Source: Psammoneis japonica (taxonomy: Eukaryota). Taken from it: a stretch of 64,000 nucleotides of DNA. Location: the NCBI GenBank assembly GCA_008632985.1, contig QPGO01000003.1, forward strand, positions 682,001 through 746,000. Reading direction: 5' to 3'. The notes under the pieces are model-generated. The model ran no database searches. It saw nothing but the letters and a program-made list of their open reading frames with translations, and was not told the DNA's origin. The position numbers were made by a program, and so were the translations under genes. This document shows, one piece after another, positions 24,916 through 36,522 of the stretch (within the stretch, counting starts at the first letter, position 1; each line of letters starts with the position of its first letter).

Positions 24916-26698
24916 ATGATGTTTTGTGTTCCTAGAAACGGCTTTTTCCTCTTGTTTGGGAGTCTTCTTGCGCCGTCAGCGACGGAGGGGACACCTTGCG
25001 GTGACGGTTCGACCATTGTGAAGGACGTTGCGATTGTGGGGGGCGGCTTGGCGGGGTTGTTCGCAGCCAGCGTTCTCGACAAAAAGGACAAGTCCTACGT
25101 TGTTATTGAAGCCCAAGATTTCCTGGGAGGGCGCATTCATTCCACTGAATCTACTGAGTTTAACTTCGCGGGGACAACCAGTCCGGTAACTCTGGAAAGA
25201 GGCGCAAACTTTATGTACGGTGTCGGTGACAAGTAAGTTTGAACGATTTGCAAACAAGGGCATAGTAGCGGGGTGCTCGTTCTTTCATCAAATTTTATTC
25301 CTGTACTTTCTCAACCTCTCCTTCTCTCTATAACTATCTCCTTTACCGTAATCCGCGATCTCTCCACGCAGGTACGCCATCAACCCAATCTACGGTCTCT
25401 TCAAGAAGCACAATGTTACCTTCTTTGAATATTCCTACGATAATCAGGACGTCTTTCAAGAAGATGGAAGAAGATACCCAACTGGGCTATTGAGGCAGAA
25501 GCGAAGAGCCATTAAGCAAGCTGTGCGAAAATGCCTTGACAAGGAGGGAGAGAAATGGTTCGACGAATACCGCAAGGATGGCGTAACCACCACAAAGGAC
25601 AAGTCGGCTAAACAGCTCCTGAAGAAATGCTCTGGTTACAGCGATCCATCGGGATGTGATATCTTCGACAGGAATGCGCTCCTCCGAAAAGCCATGAGGT
25701 TCGTTTACGCCGGTGGGCAGGAGAATTTGAGCAAGCTGAAGGACATCGGAAAAGCGTCCTATCCCGAAGACTCTGAAGAAGAATTCGATGCACGCGACTT
25801 TTTCCAGAAAGATCAACATGGTGGCACCACCCGCATGATCACAGAATTTGTCGCCGAGCATCTTAATTCCCCGGATGGACTCATCCACATGAGCTCCGAG
25901 GTCACTTCTATTGACACTCACTCGCAGCCTAGTAAGGCGCTGCTCACGGCCACTCGGAAACATGCCGCGTCGATGTGTGAGCAGCGGTATGAGGCGGACT
26001 TCGTCATTGTTACGATGCCGCAGAATGTCATTGAAAAGGGACCGACCACGTTCAACCCACCCCTAAACATTAGCGAACACCCGATAAAGCAAAATATTGC
26101 GGAAAAGGTGTGGTTTCAGTGGGATTATCCCTGGTGGGATGAAAGCAAGCTATGGATTGTGGTTGCAAACAACCATAAAGATGGAAGAGGACTATTGTGG
26201 TTGAATTATAATCATCCAGATCTCTTGCCCGGAAGCAACCTTCTCATGACGTTTGTGGATGAGCATCAGTTGGATGCTATGGGTGGATCGATTAACACGT
26301 CCATGCTAGAGGCCGGATTGGAGAATATTAAGGATTACTACCCTTCCGATCGGTCCGAATCGACGTCTTGGACTACAGACCCTTGCTCTCTAGGAGGCTG
26401 GGAGGTTTGGCAACTCGGTAAAACCGCTGAGGAATTTGATGAAGCGATTGAACCTGAAGGAGTTCGCCATTTGGCAGGTGCCGCTCACTGCAGGAATTTT
26501 TATGGCTTTACGTGGGGCGCCATTTTCAGCGGGATCTTTAGCGCCGAATGGGTGTCGGGTCGTCTGGATAATCTTCCCTTGAATGCAGCCAAGCCTGCAT
26601 TTAATCCGTGCTTTGACAATGACGGCATAAGGAGAAAGGAATGGAAAGCTTTTTATAGACCTTACGACTGGTTCCCTGTTCCGCAAAACACGAACTAG
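24916..26698 (+). CDS. Flavin-containing amine oxidase (polyamine oxidase-like), probably secreted; join(24916..25232,25372..26698)
   Basis: FAD motif VAIVGGGLAGL...IEAQDFLGGRI..LERGANF. GT-AG intron 25233-25371 restores the frame (K-YAINPIY). C-terminal WTTDP...GGW and AGAAH...YGFTWGAIFSG. Confidence 0.85.
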
Positions 26699-27244
26699 CA
26701 CTTGCGCAGGCCTTCAGTGGCATGGAATGCAAAGAGACAATCGCATCAACCCTCGCGAACAGCTGCACGACATAAATGTGAACTTCGGTGCGGCCAGATT
26801 CGGCAATTCATCTTTGCATTTGAACTTGCATTTTTTTCTGTGTCGTCCCTTAGAGGTGTGTGCAACAGGAGCATAGAATTCTAGCAGGGAATAAATTCCA
26901 TGGTATTTAGCAATGCTCGTTTTCAGCTGAATGCGCAATAGCTCATGATTCAGAGCAGATCTATTCCTTTGCGACTTATATCAGAACGACGTACTGCGGG
27001 CAATCTCGTCGATCCGAAGGATCACACGATTGCTCCTCGAGCGTCAATCAGCACTTGCCAACTAAAACAGTGTGTGTACAAAAGGGATACCGGTAATAAG
27101 AAAGGCAACAAGAGTTCTTCTACAATTTCTTTAGTCAAAATGTTGAAATCCAAGGTCGGTAGAGCATTTGAACGCTTCCCCGCTTTCTTCAATGATGATA
27201 GGTATGTGGCATCTTTGCACTTCTCTGGTCCTATTCAATCCTCC

Positions 27245-27802
27245 CTATGACATGGCCGTCACTACAATCACTCGAAAAAAGACCAACATCACAAACCCCA
27301 AAGCTATGAAAATGCCACGCTCCTGCTGTTCTCTCGCACTGTACCAGCTGGAATTCACATCATAATTCTCGTCACTGTCGGATACAATTACAGCTTGTGC
27401 AACCTCCACATCAGCAACAGGTACAGACTGACTAAACCCTTTCTTGAAAAGTGCAATCTGTTCTTGAGGGATCCTGCTCAAGTCGTCGTTTGGATGGACG
27501 ATTTCGAGTTGAGGTTCAACACGAACGGTTCTGTCGCCCGAACAATGTGATGGTTTTGGCACGGCATCAGAACTAACAATTTCTACCTCATTGGGCAGAA
27601 GTATGGTGCAATCACTACCAGCATATGGATGTTGAACTTTTCCATTTTGTTCTACCGCATGAGCAACTCCAGCGATCATTTCTGAAATGCTTGGACAACC
27701 CTCTGAAGAATTTTCGTCTTGGTCACGACGGCGGTGGTTCTGGGCTGGTGGTATGGCACCGTAGTTTATCTTGATTGGAGGCTTGTTGGAATGGATCATC
27801 AT
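27245..27802 (-). CDS. Hypothetical protein with C-terminal hydrophobic segment; intact-composition relative of the decayed copy at 38468-38746
   Basis: 185 aa ORF in a normal-composition island with a C-terminal TM-like IFIALGFVMLVFF. A clear paralog lies elsewhere in the window. Confidence 0.55.
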   Translation of the reverse strand: MMIHSNKPPIKINYGAIPPAQNHRRRDQDENSSEGCPSISEMIAGVAHAVEQNGKVQHPYAGSDCTILLPNEVEIVSSDAVPKPSHCSGDRTVRVEPQLEIVHPNDDLSRIPQEQIALFKKGFSQSVPVADVEVAQAVIVSDSDENYDVNSSWYSAREQQERGIFIALGFVMLVFFRVIVVTAMS

Positions 27803-28439
27803 AATGTGTTGTCATTGTTGAGGTTGGTACTAGTAAGAACATTGCAATTCGCATTGTGGATTAGCTTGTGACAGAGGGATTCTTCTCGATTTTACAATTT
27901 TATTCTCGATTCTCGATTCAGCATTTCACATCTATTTAATCGCGATGCTGAGTCATGCTCGTGTAGAAATCTACACAAATGCCTGGTACAGAAATCGCAG
28001 AGCTGATGGTGGTCGCGAAAAGTGCCGGTAGTCGCGGTGACGATGTTGATCGCAACATTTATTGGTGGCGTTTTCATGAGTCGTGTGCGCAAATTTGGCG
28101 ATGAAGCAGTGTAGTGTGTGTTTTGCAAGTTCGAGAAGTGAAGCAGCATGATGTTTTGGAACTGCCTGACAAGCACAATCTGTGTCGAGTGAGACATGCT
28201 GCAGAAGTTGCCTTCACTTGGCAGGGTTGGTTGTGTGACTTAGAGACAATGTTCCAAATGTGGAGAATCTCTGCGCCTCATGCCCACGCATCATGCTGGA
28301 ATGGGGCCATGTGAAAATGACCCTGCCTTGGGTTGCCACTCTGTGAGCTGGGGAGGAACAGTGGTCTCCTGGTGACTGCTGGAGTGTCTGGAGATCAAAT
28401 GAGTGTGGTGCAGTTGTGCATCAGTTTGTTGCTGTTGCC

Positions 28440-28620
28440 ATTGAAGTCATTGCTGCTGCTGCTGCTGCTGCTGGCTGTCGTTGCTGCCGCTTTCTTTGCT
28501 GCTCAGAGCTGGCGCCATTGTCATCGCTGCAATTGTTGTTGCCATTCTTGTTGCCATTGCCGTGGCTGCTGCTGTTTTGTTGTTTTGTGGCTGCCACTGT
28601 CATCATCGTTGCTGTTGTTG
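28440..28620. repeat. Low-complexity GCT/GTT trinucleotide tract
   Basis: A run of GCT units followed by degenerate GTT/GCC/GCT repeats. Confidence 0.6.
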
Positions 28621-29519
28621 TCTCTCATTTCCATCTGCAAAAAAAGCTCCTTGGGGGGTGGCAACATGGCTTTTTTTCTCTTGAAACAGGTGTTGTTCAA
28701 TCAGCACTGGAAATTGATTGAGCAGAGACCCAAGTGTTGCCATTTCAAAAATGACCATGCTGCAAAGCACCTTTGAATTTGTTGCAACATCGTCAACAGT
28801 GTTGTGCAGCTGTGTGCCACCACACTGTGCTTCTTCCATCATGGCAGCCACAGCACGCGAAAACAGGGACTGAAAAAATCTCTGTTTCTTTGTCAAAGCC
28901 AAACACAGAGAGTGTGTGCCTCTTTCCCATCTTCTTGTTTTTTCCAGAAGATTCCAAGTTAGATGACACACCAACGTTGCTTCTTGCAGAAGGAGTGCAA
29001 TGGAGTTTGAATGACCAAAACAGCATGCCATCTGCAAATGCTCAAAAACACTCTCAAACTGAATGTTGTCCAGCAGCAAACTCCCACTGTCAAGCAGCAG
29101 AAGCTTGCCATGCCAAAAATTTTGTCTGCCACCATTTGGACCAAACCATTCTGGCACTGAGGCATTGCAGGATCTCAACTCAGAAACGTTTCAAAGCAAC
29201 AATCATGATCCCAGCCCTCAAATGCATCCACTGGTTTGAGAGCACCTTGTAGACTGACTGTGATGATTCCAAGCTCAGATGCAGTGGTTTTTTAACTGTG
29301 CAATCATGCTCACTCACAGCTGGGGGCATCCATGTTACACTTGGCAACCAAACATTGAAGCACATCCATGGCAATGCACTTCACAGGCATTTGATCAAAA
29401 TCCAAGCATGCAAACCATGGGAGCACTTGCCCAGAGCCATGTTGCACTTTGCAGTGTCAGAAACTCTTACAAAGGTTGCTCCATCAACAGTGTTGGACCA
29501 TCGTTAAATTGCCAAGCCC

Positions 29520-30460
29520 TTTTAGAGTTTGCCACAGAAGCTGAAAGCAGATCTGCCAGATTTGGCCACCCAAAACCAATCACAGAACCCCCCCACCACA
29601 CATTCTGTTGGTTGCAGCATGCTCATTGGGACCAATTTTCCCTCAGCATTAAGTGCAAAATGGTGCCTGAACAACGAACAACAAAATTGATCAAATCTGC
29701 TAGCACAGTTGGCAGGCATCATTCCAGACACCATCAATGGAAACTTTTCTTCAACAGCCTTCTCCAAAGATTTGCCCAAGACATCTGTTCACCCAGAAAG
29801 AATCTTGGCAAAGATGTGTGAGAACCCAATGCTGCCAGCTCTTTTTTTTGTGATCAGATCTCCAAGCAGATTGGCTGTGGTCAGCCAGTCTTCAAGTTTG
29901 CATTTCAACACTGGGCATTGATCTGGCAGTGCATCCCTTGTGCACTCTTTCCACTTTCTGTTTCACAGGTCAGCCTCAAAGCAAACAACTTTTGCACCCA
30001 AAGTTGTTGCGTTTCCATGTTCAGTCACAACTCCATTGATCTGAGACCTTTTGCCTCCATTTTTATGAGCTGAGGCTCTGTTTCAAAGGGACCACACTTG
30101 TGCTTGACACCTTCTTGCTCCATCCACTCTTTTGTCAAGCATGACATCACGCTGGCATTGGGGCCACAGAGATCACAGATTGATGAAGCCGCTGTTTCCC
30201 AGCCGGCTCTTTGGCCTTGGCATGGCTGACAAAGTCCAGCATCCAATCTCAAGCTTTGGCCAATGAGCTTGTGATGCATGGACTGAAGAGATGACAGCAA
30301 CCCAGTCAGTGGACACAGTGGCTGCGACATCGAACACTGACAAGACGCCTTCTTTGCACTTGCTGTGACAGTTTTTGTGAAGCCACATGGACAAATCAAC
30401 CCCAATGACAGTATCCTTGGCAATGCCAAAGGGTGCAGATGGTGTTGTTGACTGCTCCGA
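29520..30460 (-). pseudogene. Decayed Exo1/XPG-family (PIN + H3TH) nuclease
   Basis: TVIGVDLSMWLHK (XPG-N); EGVKHKCGPFETEPQL then INGVVTEHGNATTLGAKVVCF (XPG-I, APYEAD...TEDSD); LLG.DH..RAGSIG (H3TH). Frameshifted. Confidence 0.7.
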
Positions 30461-31071
30461 GTGCTTCCTTCCAAAGGTCTTTGATTCCCATCTGCAAAGT
30501 GCCAAGACCAGTGTGTTTGTGGTGGAGGTGCGATGCTCGAAAGCGAGGTTAGTTGTGGATGCTCCAGAAAAAAATTCCGAGAGTGACGAGCGGCTCTGGC
30601 ATGGTGTGACACTGCTCATTGATGTGTGCGAGTCATCATATATGCTGGTCTACTTTCTATGACTGTACTACTGCAGTTCTGAGACATCAGGACTGCAACA
30701 ATTCTAAATGAGGCAATGCTTCCAACCCATTGTCAAACTCGATTTGAAGGAAGGAACCAACAATGCTGGAGTGATGCTTTTTCTAGAAAATCTTGCCACA
30801 TGCTCGATTGCACAAGGAGCACCACTCTCGACATGGTAGCATTGGAATTGGCACTGCAGTGAAACCATGAATACTGAGCTTCGACAACATCTGTAGAACA
30901 CCGATAAGATCTCTTCGGAGAAGTACGAAAGGGCAGGAGCATCATAGTGGTAAAACTCGGTTTTTGCATTTAGAAAAAAGGCATTATCTTGTTTTGTACC
31001 ATCATGATGTTGCAAACGGTTGAAACGGAGAGGGGTCACAAGCCCACCAGATTAAAATCATTTCGAATCTC

Positions 31072-31527
31072 TTACTCTTCGTCCACGGGAATCTCATCGT
31101 GTACCTATCCACAAAAAGAACAGCAAGGAATGAACCTAAGACAATTATATGACGCAAATTAAAACAAGAGACAGGCTTCATACTCGATATAACTCACCGC
31201 TCGAGCCACGGCACACCACTGGAGAGCTTGCTGCGACGCATCAGCAGAATCATTAATTTTCGTTTCGTTGTGCTCATGATGCCACTCGCGTATGGTTTCA
31301 AACGAATTCAACACTTGTACAGACGTCGAAGACTTGGACTGAATCACGTGTCCTTCTAAATCTTGGTTGGAATTGGAAAGCAACTCTCGGCCTCGAAACT
31401 GGCATGCCAATGTGTCTTGAGAAATGGGTGTCGGTGAAAAATACTGATGAACGGGAGCCATGCCATTGTAGTCGATACTGCACGGGAGTAAGTGACACGT
31501 CGTCGTCTTTTTCGTTGCAGCAGTCAT
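31072..31527 (-). CDS. RNASEH2C: Ribonuclease H2 subunit C, complement(join(31072..31104,31198..31527))
   Basis: CHLLPCSIDYNGMAPVHQYF, FRGREL, F..I.EW.H and WCAVARA|VHDEIP after removing GT-AG intron 31105-31197. Confidence 0.85.
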
Positions 31528-31685
31528 TGTAAGGACACTGAACGGGAAGAGTGTTGTTGTTGTTGCTGCTGTCGTACAACCATCAACAACAAGAAGTGTT
31601 GTTATGGTTAGAAGTGGCCTATGGTACGTCGGACGTCGGCACTTCTGTCAGCTCTCTCACCTCGCACAAAGCGAAAGGGTCTCGC

Positions 31686-31693
31686 GCGCCAAA
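31686..31693 (-). promoter_or_regulatory. Possible E2F-type site TTTGGCGC upstream of RNase H2C
   Basis: Matches the TTTSSCGC consensus about 160 bp upstream of the ATG. The motif is short, so a chance match is possible. Confidence 0.3.
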
Positions 31694-32835
31694 AAAAAAA
31701 GCAAGAGCGAGGGGCATCCGTCCGCCCGGCCGCACGCCCGGCCGGCAAATCGACAAGTGGAGGAGGCAAATGGTGGAGACATCTGGTGGAGACAGGTGCA
31801 GAAGGAGACACCTGAAGACAAGACAAATGGAGATGGAGACAAAACAGATGGGACATGGAGACAAATCAAGCAAAACCAAGAGCACAAAGAGCACATGATC
31901 CACCCAAAACATCATTGAACTGATCCACTCTCTGTTTGGCATTGAATCAAGATGCGCGTGGCTTCAAAAGCAAGAGGATGCTTTTGAAACCCACGCCTGA
32001 TTTTGTCTTGAATGGAGCAGAGAAAAATGGCAAAGCACAGATGGTGCTGACACACAGCAGCAGTTTCAATTCACAGCTTGGTGCTGCTGCACTGCAACAC
32101 ATGATGCCCAAATCCTGTTGCTTTGGCTCCATCTGTCTCTGTCAGAGAGACAAGATTTTTTCCCTTCTGTCTCCATCCATTTTCATCTGTCTCCATTTGT
32201 CTCTGTTTGTCTCCCAACATTTTGTCTCAGCTGAGTGACAAGATGGAGACAAAATGCTTGCATGGTTCAAAAACAGAGAGACAAGTTGCCAAATGAAAAC
32301 TTGCACGCCAAACAATGTGGCGCACATGTTGAGCAGCAACACCACAACAACTGACCCAAATGATTGGACATGAAAACAATCATTTGTTTGTCCTTGACAG
32401 TCATTTCACTGAAAAGTTGTCACTCAATCTTTGTCAGAAGCAAGACAGTTGCCATGTGTCAAGGTGGCAACACAAGGTGCACTCACAAGCAAGCTTGAGG
32501 TGTCATCAACAGTTGACCGAAGGTCTTGGAAGCTTGTGTTCATTCAAGAAAAGAATGGCATCATGCATTCTTGGACTTCCGCAAGAAGTTCAAATGTTCC
32601 AAGCCTTGGCTGGACATTCAGGGTGGTGTCCGCCTTGACAGGTGCCAATGTGTGCATGCTTGCAGCAGCAGATCATGAGCCACTGGGGTTGTTGGTCTCC
32701 ATCAGGTGAGTGGCACATGCATCTGCCAATGCTTCATCTTCTTGTGCTGCTTCCATTGGTGTGAAGCATCACTCAAAGGCAAGTTGCCAAGGTCTCAGAT
32801 GAGATGTCAGCATTTGGGAAGAGTGTTGTGGCTGC

Positions 32836-33145
32836 AATGAGGACTGCTGTTATCCCGACCTCTTCCGAGGTGTGATTGTCCTTGCTGGTGACAAGGGAAC
32901 TGACATTGCCATGTGCACGGGTTCCGCCACTGGTGCCACCTGCAAAAATGGTGTCTGCTCCCGCTTTCCGCCTGTCATGTGGCAGGTTGACCGAAAGTGC
33001 CACCTCATTTCTGCTTCGAGCTTTGAGAACATGTGCTTTGACATGATGTCCCGGGCCGACAACATGAACGATAACCTCTATGCTCACGGATCTCGGGAGC
33101 AATGCTGATAACGTCGCAAACAACCAGCAGCTCCACCGTGCTTAG
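32836..33145 (+). pseudogene. C-terminal fragment of delta-class carbonic anhydrase
   Basis: NEDCCYPDLFRGVIV...GTDIAMCTGSATG...CSRFPPVMWQVDRKCHLISASSFENMCFDM...LYAHGSRE...VANNQQ matches the delta-CA C-terminus as recalled, with Tyr->Cys changes. Confidence 0.85.
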
Positions 33146-33499
33146 ACAAGAGCACTGTGAACTGCTCGTTTTCATGTCAAGAGAACAACAACAAGTATTT
33201 TGATAAATGTTGTTCTCTGTTTACGTTATTCAACAGCGACATGTCTACTTTGTACGCCGTCAAGCCATTCTGCACAATGACATTGACGTGTTTAAGGTTT
33301 TAGATAACTACATTTTTTATACACCGGTAAACAAGAATTATGTGTTGATACGACATGCGTTCCGACTTAATGTCAATGAAGTTCGTTGTCCACATACACG
33401 ACCTCAGACGACCACTCTTTGGATAAAATGTTCGGGTCCAGCGCCATCCTTATCCGACGACTTGTACGCCGCAGAGGCAGCCTTGGCGGCTTCTACTTC

Positions 33500-33845
33500 A
33501 TCGGTTCATTACATGCCCGAGGGGCGCAGCTTTTACCTTTATTCCAGTGATCGGGCCTTCATGTTGCCACCATTCCCTGATGAGCACAACAATCCCACTG
33601 GCGAGCTGTGGCTGCCGCTGGTACCAACAAATGATCTGGTTCTTGGAGTGAATCTCTCCCAGAACAGCACAGTGGAACCGTTCGAATTAGAGATTGGAGA
33701 AATCATAAGTGGCTTTCTTTCTCATCCTTTAACAATGATAGAAACCTTTCGGTCTGGTAGCTGTAACGTTGACGTTTCTTGTTCGGTGGCGGACGAGTGG
33801 AGATAAGAGGTCAGGTCCATGGCAGTCTATGTGTACGGCGGCCCG
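33500..33845 (+). pseudogene. Fragment of lysyl-endopeptidase-like serine protease (pro-region and mature N-terminus)
   Basis: MPEGRSFYLYSSD...NNPTGELWLPLV...LEIGEI..GF...SGSCNVDVSC...EWR*EVRSMAVYVYGG. Internal stop, no catalytic domain. Confidence 0.55.
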
Positions 33846-36522
33846 TCATTGCTGGAATGCATCATATCATCGTCCACACTGGCTACAGACTGCCGAGCCT
33901 GACTGTCCACCCCTGATACCTGTACTCCAGACCGTTCGCCTCGCTTTTTCTGTGGTTTCTCGTGTCCACTTCGTTCGGATTTGTAATAGGCAAGCACTTT
34001 CGGAAGAATAATCAAAGAAAGTGTACTCATCGGGAACGTCCACTGCATGAATGCCAATCCAATGTATCGACCGTCCGACGATACATCACGGAGAACGACC
34101 ACAATGGGGGTGGCAATGAAAACCACCTCGAGCTGCACGGCAATTAAGGAAACGATCCACCAACTCTCCGCATATGAATCATCCACATCTGCTGTCTTCC
34201 AAGCAAATACCGCAGTGAGTATGGCTGGGATTACCATAACGATGAGGAGAGGAGCAATGAATGCGGCGACATGGTCACCATTGCACTCGCCGATACTTTC
34301 TCCAGTCACGTCATTTATTTCCACTCGAGTCCACCGAAGGGGGTCCAAACCATTCCACAGGCTCAATATGACCAAAGCCATTATCATCAAAAGCGCCATT
34401 GGTCCAGCCACGTGACGAATCTCAATTTTCCTTCGAGAAAACTGTAGCACCTTATTCACACGCCATAGCTTGGTAAACAAAGCACTGTAAGTAATAATGT
34501 GGCCAAGAGATATCAGCCAAACGCCAGCCATACCTGAAGTAGCAATAAAAATCATCGTCCAGGTTGAGCTTGCAAGATCGCACATTCGTTTAACGACACA
34601 ATGTCAGCAAATCCTAGTTGCGTTTGAATGCAGCTCTAAATGGAACTTACATGCACTGCCAAGCTGGGATTCGTTCCATCCATAGCTTTCGTCGAAAGAA
34701 ATCGTAAAAATAGCGGCTCCTTGCACCACAGCACCGAAAGCCAATATATAAAGAAACTCTGGTTGCGCTGCTCGAAGTATCCTATGGCTCCTATGAAGGT
34801 ATACCCATACTGAAGCGCACATTGCAAGGAATATCACAATCGCCATGAGAGAAAGACCAAACGCTCTCAGGCCCGAACTCAGGTAGTTTTGCTCTGGTGT
34901 TGTGCGCAGCAAATCAGGTGGAACGTTTCGCCCATCCCGATAAACAAAAGGCATGAGAGATTCCCAGCTGTTTGACCCAGCAATGCACTGATCAGTCAAT
35001 TCGAAAAAGACAGACTGATTCCCATCCGATTGAGGTGGAAGTACGTTGACAGCAGCATAGGACAAAGATTCTGCCACTCTCGATCCCCTTCGTGCTCCTT
35101 GACCTAGAAATTCGACACGACCGCTTGCTCCCGTGAATTTTGACGTGGCAATGCTATTATAGTGGGACTCTCCCTGAACAACACCATTCTCATGTTTAGC
35201 TGCACATGCTCCAAGACCGATACTCATCACAGCATCATAAAGGAAGCTCGAACCAAAATCGGGAAGATACTTCTGGAAAAAGCCATCTTCCGCAAAAACA
35301 TAACCTGGCTCACCCGGAGCCATGGGATTGGCTTTGTTGACTAGGTCAACTAAATCGTTTCCCTGACTTTTCCAAGCAATGGCAAAGGGGTCATTGGCAG
35401 GATCCAGATCGGCTCCTGTATATGGGAAGATCCACGCAGAACCACTCAGAATTTTTCGAACATTGGGGTTGTCACTCATGCTAAGAGATCCATCAAAGTT
35501 TCCAAGCCAGAGCCACATGTGGTCGCCCTTGTTGAGACCCAACTCCTCTGCCGCATCAGCAATGAGGGGTAATTCCGTAAAGGGGTCTTCCATGGCAATC
35601 ACAACCGTTCGGTACCCGCTCTCTTTTATTCTGCCGAGTGCCCCGAGGACAGTCTGATCGTCTTCCACGGATTTGACTCCGTCACTTTTTTGAATATAAG
35701 GAGCCGCCATCCATTTGATTCCAAAGGCTTCTAAAATGATGCCGTACACCTCACGACGCTGACTGCCCAAGTCAGTCAAAGCGTATGCAAAGGCAAGGAA
35801 ATTGTTCCTTCCCTTGTTGATGAGAAATTCAATAGCTTTCATTGTCACCGCAACTACATCAGGATATGTCTGGAGACTGAATGGGTTATACTCATGAGAA
35901 ACAACCCGAAGATTTGTTGCTCGATGCGCCACGAGCGGGAACAACGATGCTTGAGCCATGATGGACAATTCAATGGCAGGCACATCGTTGAACGGTCCGG
36001 CAATGGCGCAAGGTTTTCGTTCTTGCGCCGCCAAGGATCGACTCGCCTCATGGGTGATGGACCCAGAATTAAATACCAAGGATTTGTTCAATCAAAACGG
36101 ATTTCGCAATCCGAAATGTTTGCTAATTCAGGAACAACAGTGCTGTTGCGAGTGTTAAAATGTTCCATAGCCATGAAGGCTGCTGCCATGTGCGAGATCC
36201 CAGATGATGCTGAGAAATCTAAAAGTGGCACTGTAGCAGTCTTACTGTAGATAAGAACGGACAGTACGTGATGAAGAGTGAGCAAAAGGGCAGCATATTC
36301 TGGTAAAAGACCGCAACTACGGACATGTGATCTAACAGCAACCCAAGAGAACCCGCAAGAATCAGCATGAGTTCGTTCTTACTTTATAGTAAACGGCACA
36401 TATATGTACAAAGCACACAGCCCATCAGTGTCAATCAAACCTAGGGCGCAGTGGAGCAGTAGAAACAAGAAGAAAAGAAAACACCACATCTTTCGTGCAC
36501 AAGTCATGATGATCGTCGCCAT
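33827..36522 (-). CDS. Class C (GABA-B-like) GPCR with Venus-flytrap ectodomain and 7TM; introns 36245-36382 and 34534-34650; 1-nt frameshift near 36090
   Basis: Signal peptide; HMAAAFMAMEHFNTRN; FLYDAVMSIGLGAC; FTGASGRVEF; RILRAAQPEFL; LGHIITYSALFTKLWRV; LIILPK. Introns are GT-AG and phase-consistent. Confidence 0.85.

Larger units (their letters stand above)
28114..30635. other. Hypermutated domain 2
   Basis: Same TA/CG depletion with abrupt edges. Confidence 0.85.
31630..33190. other. Hypermutated domain 3
   Basis: No TA seen from about 31630 to 32850. CG persists only near the edges. Confidence 0.8.

Noticed and set aside
33207..33806. 199 aa ORF as an intact gene
   Set aside because: Only the 3' half resembles a protease pro-region, and it ends at an internal stop before the catalytic domain.
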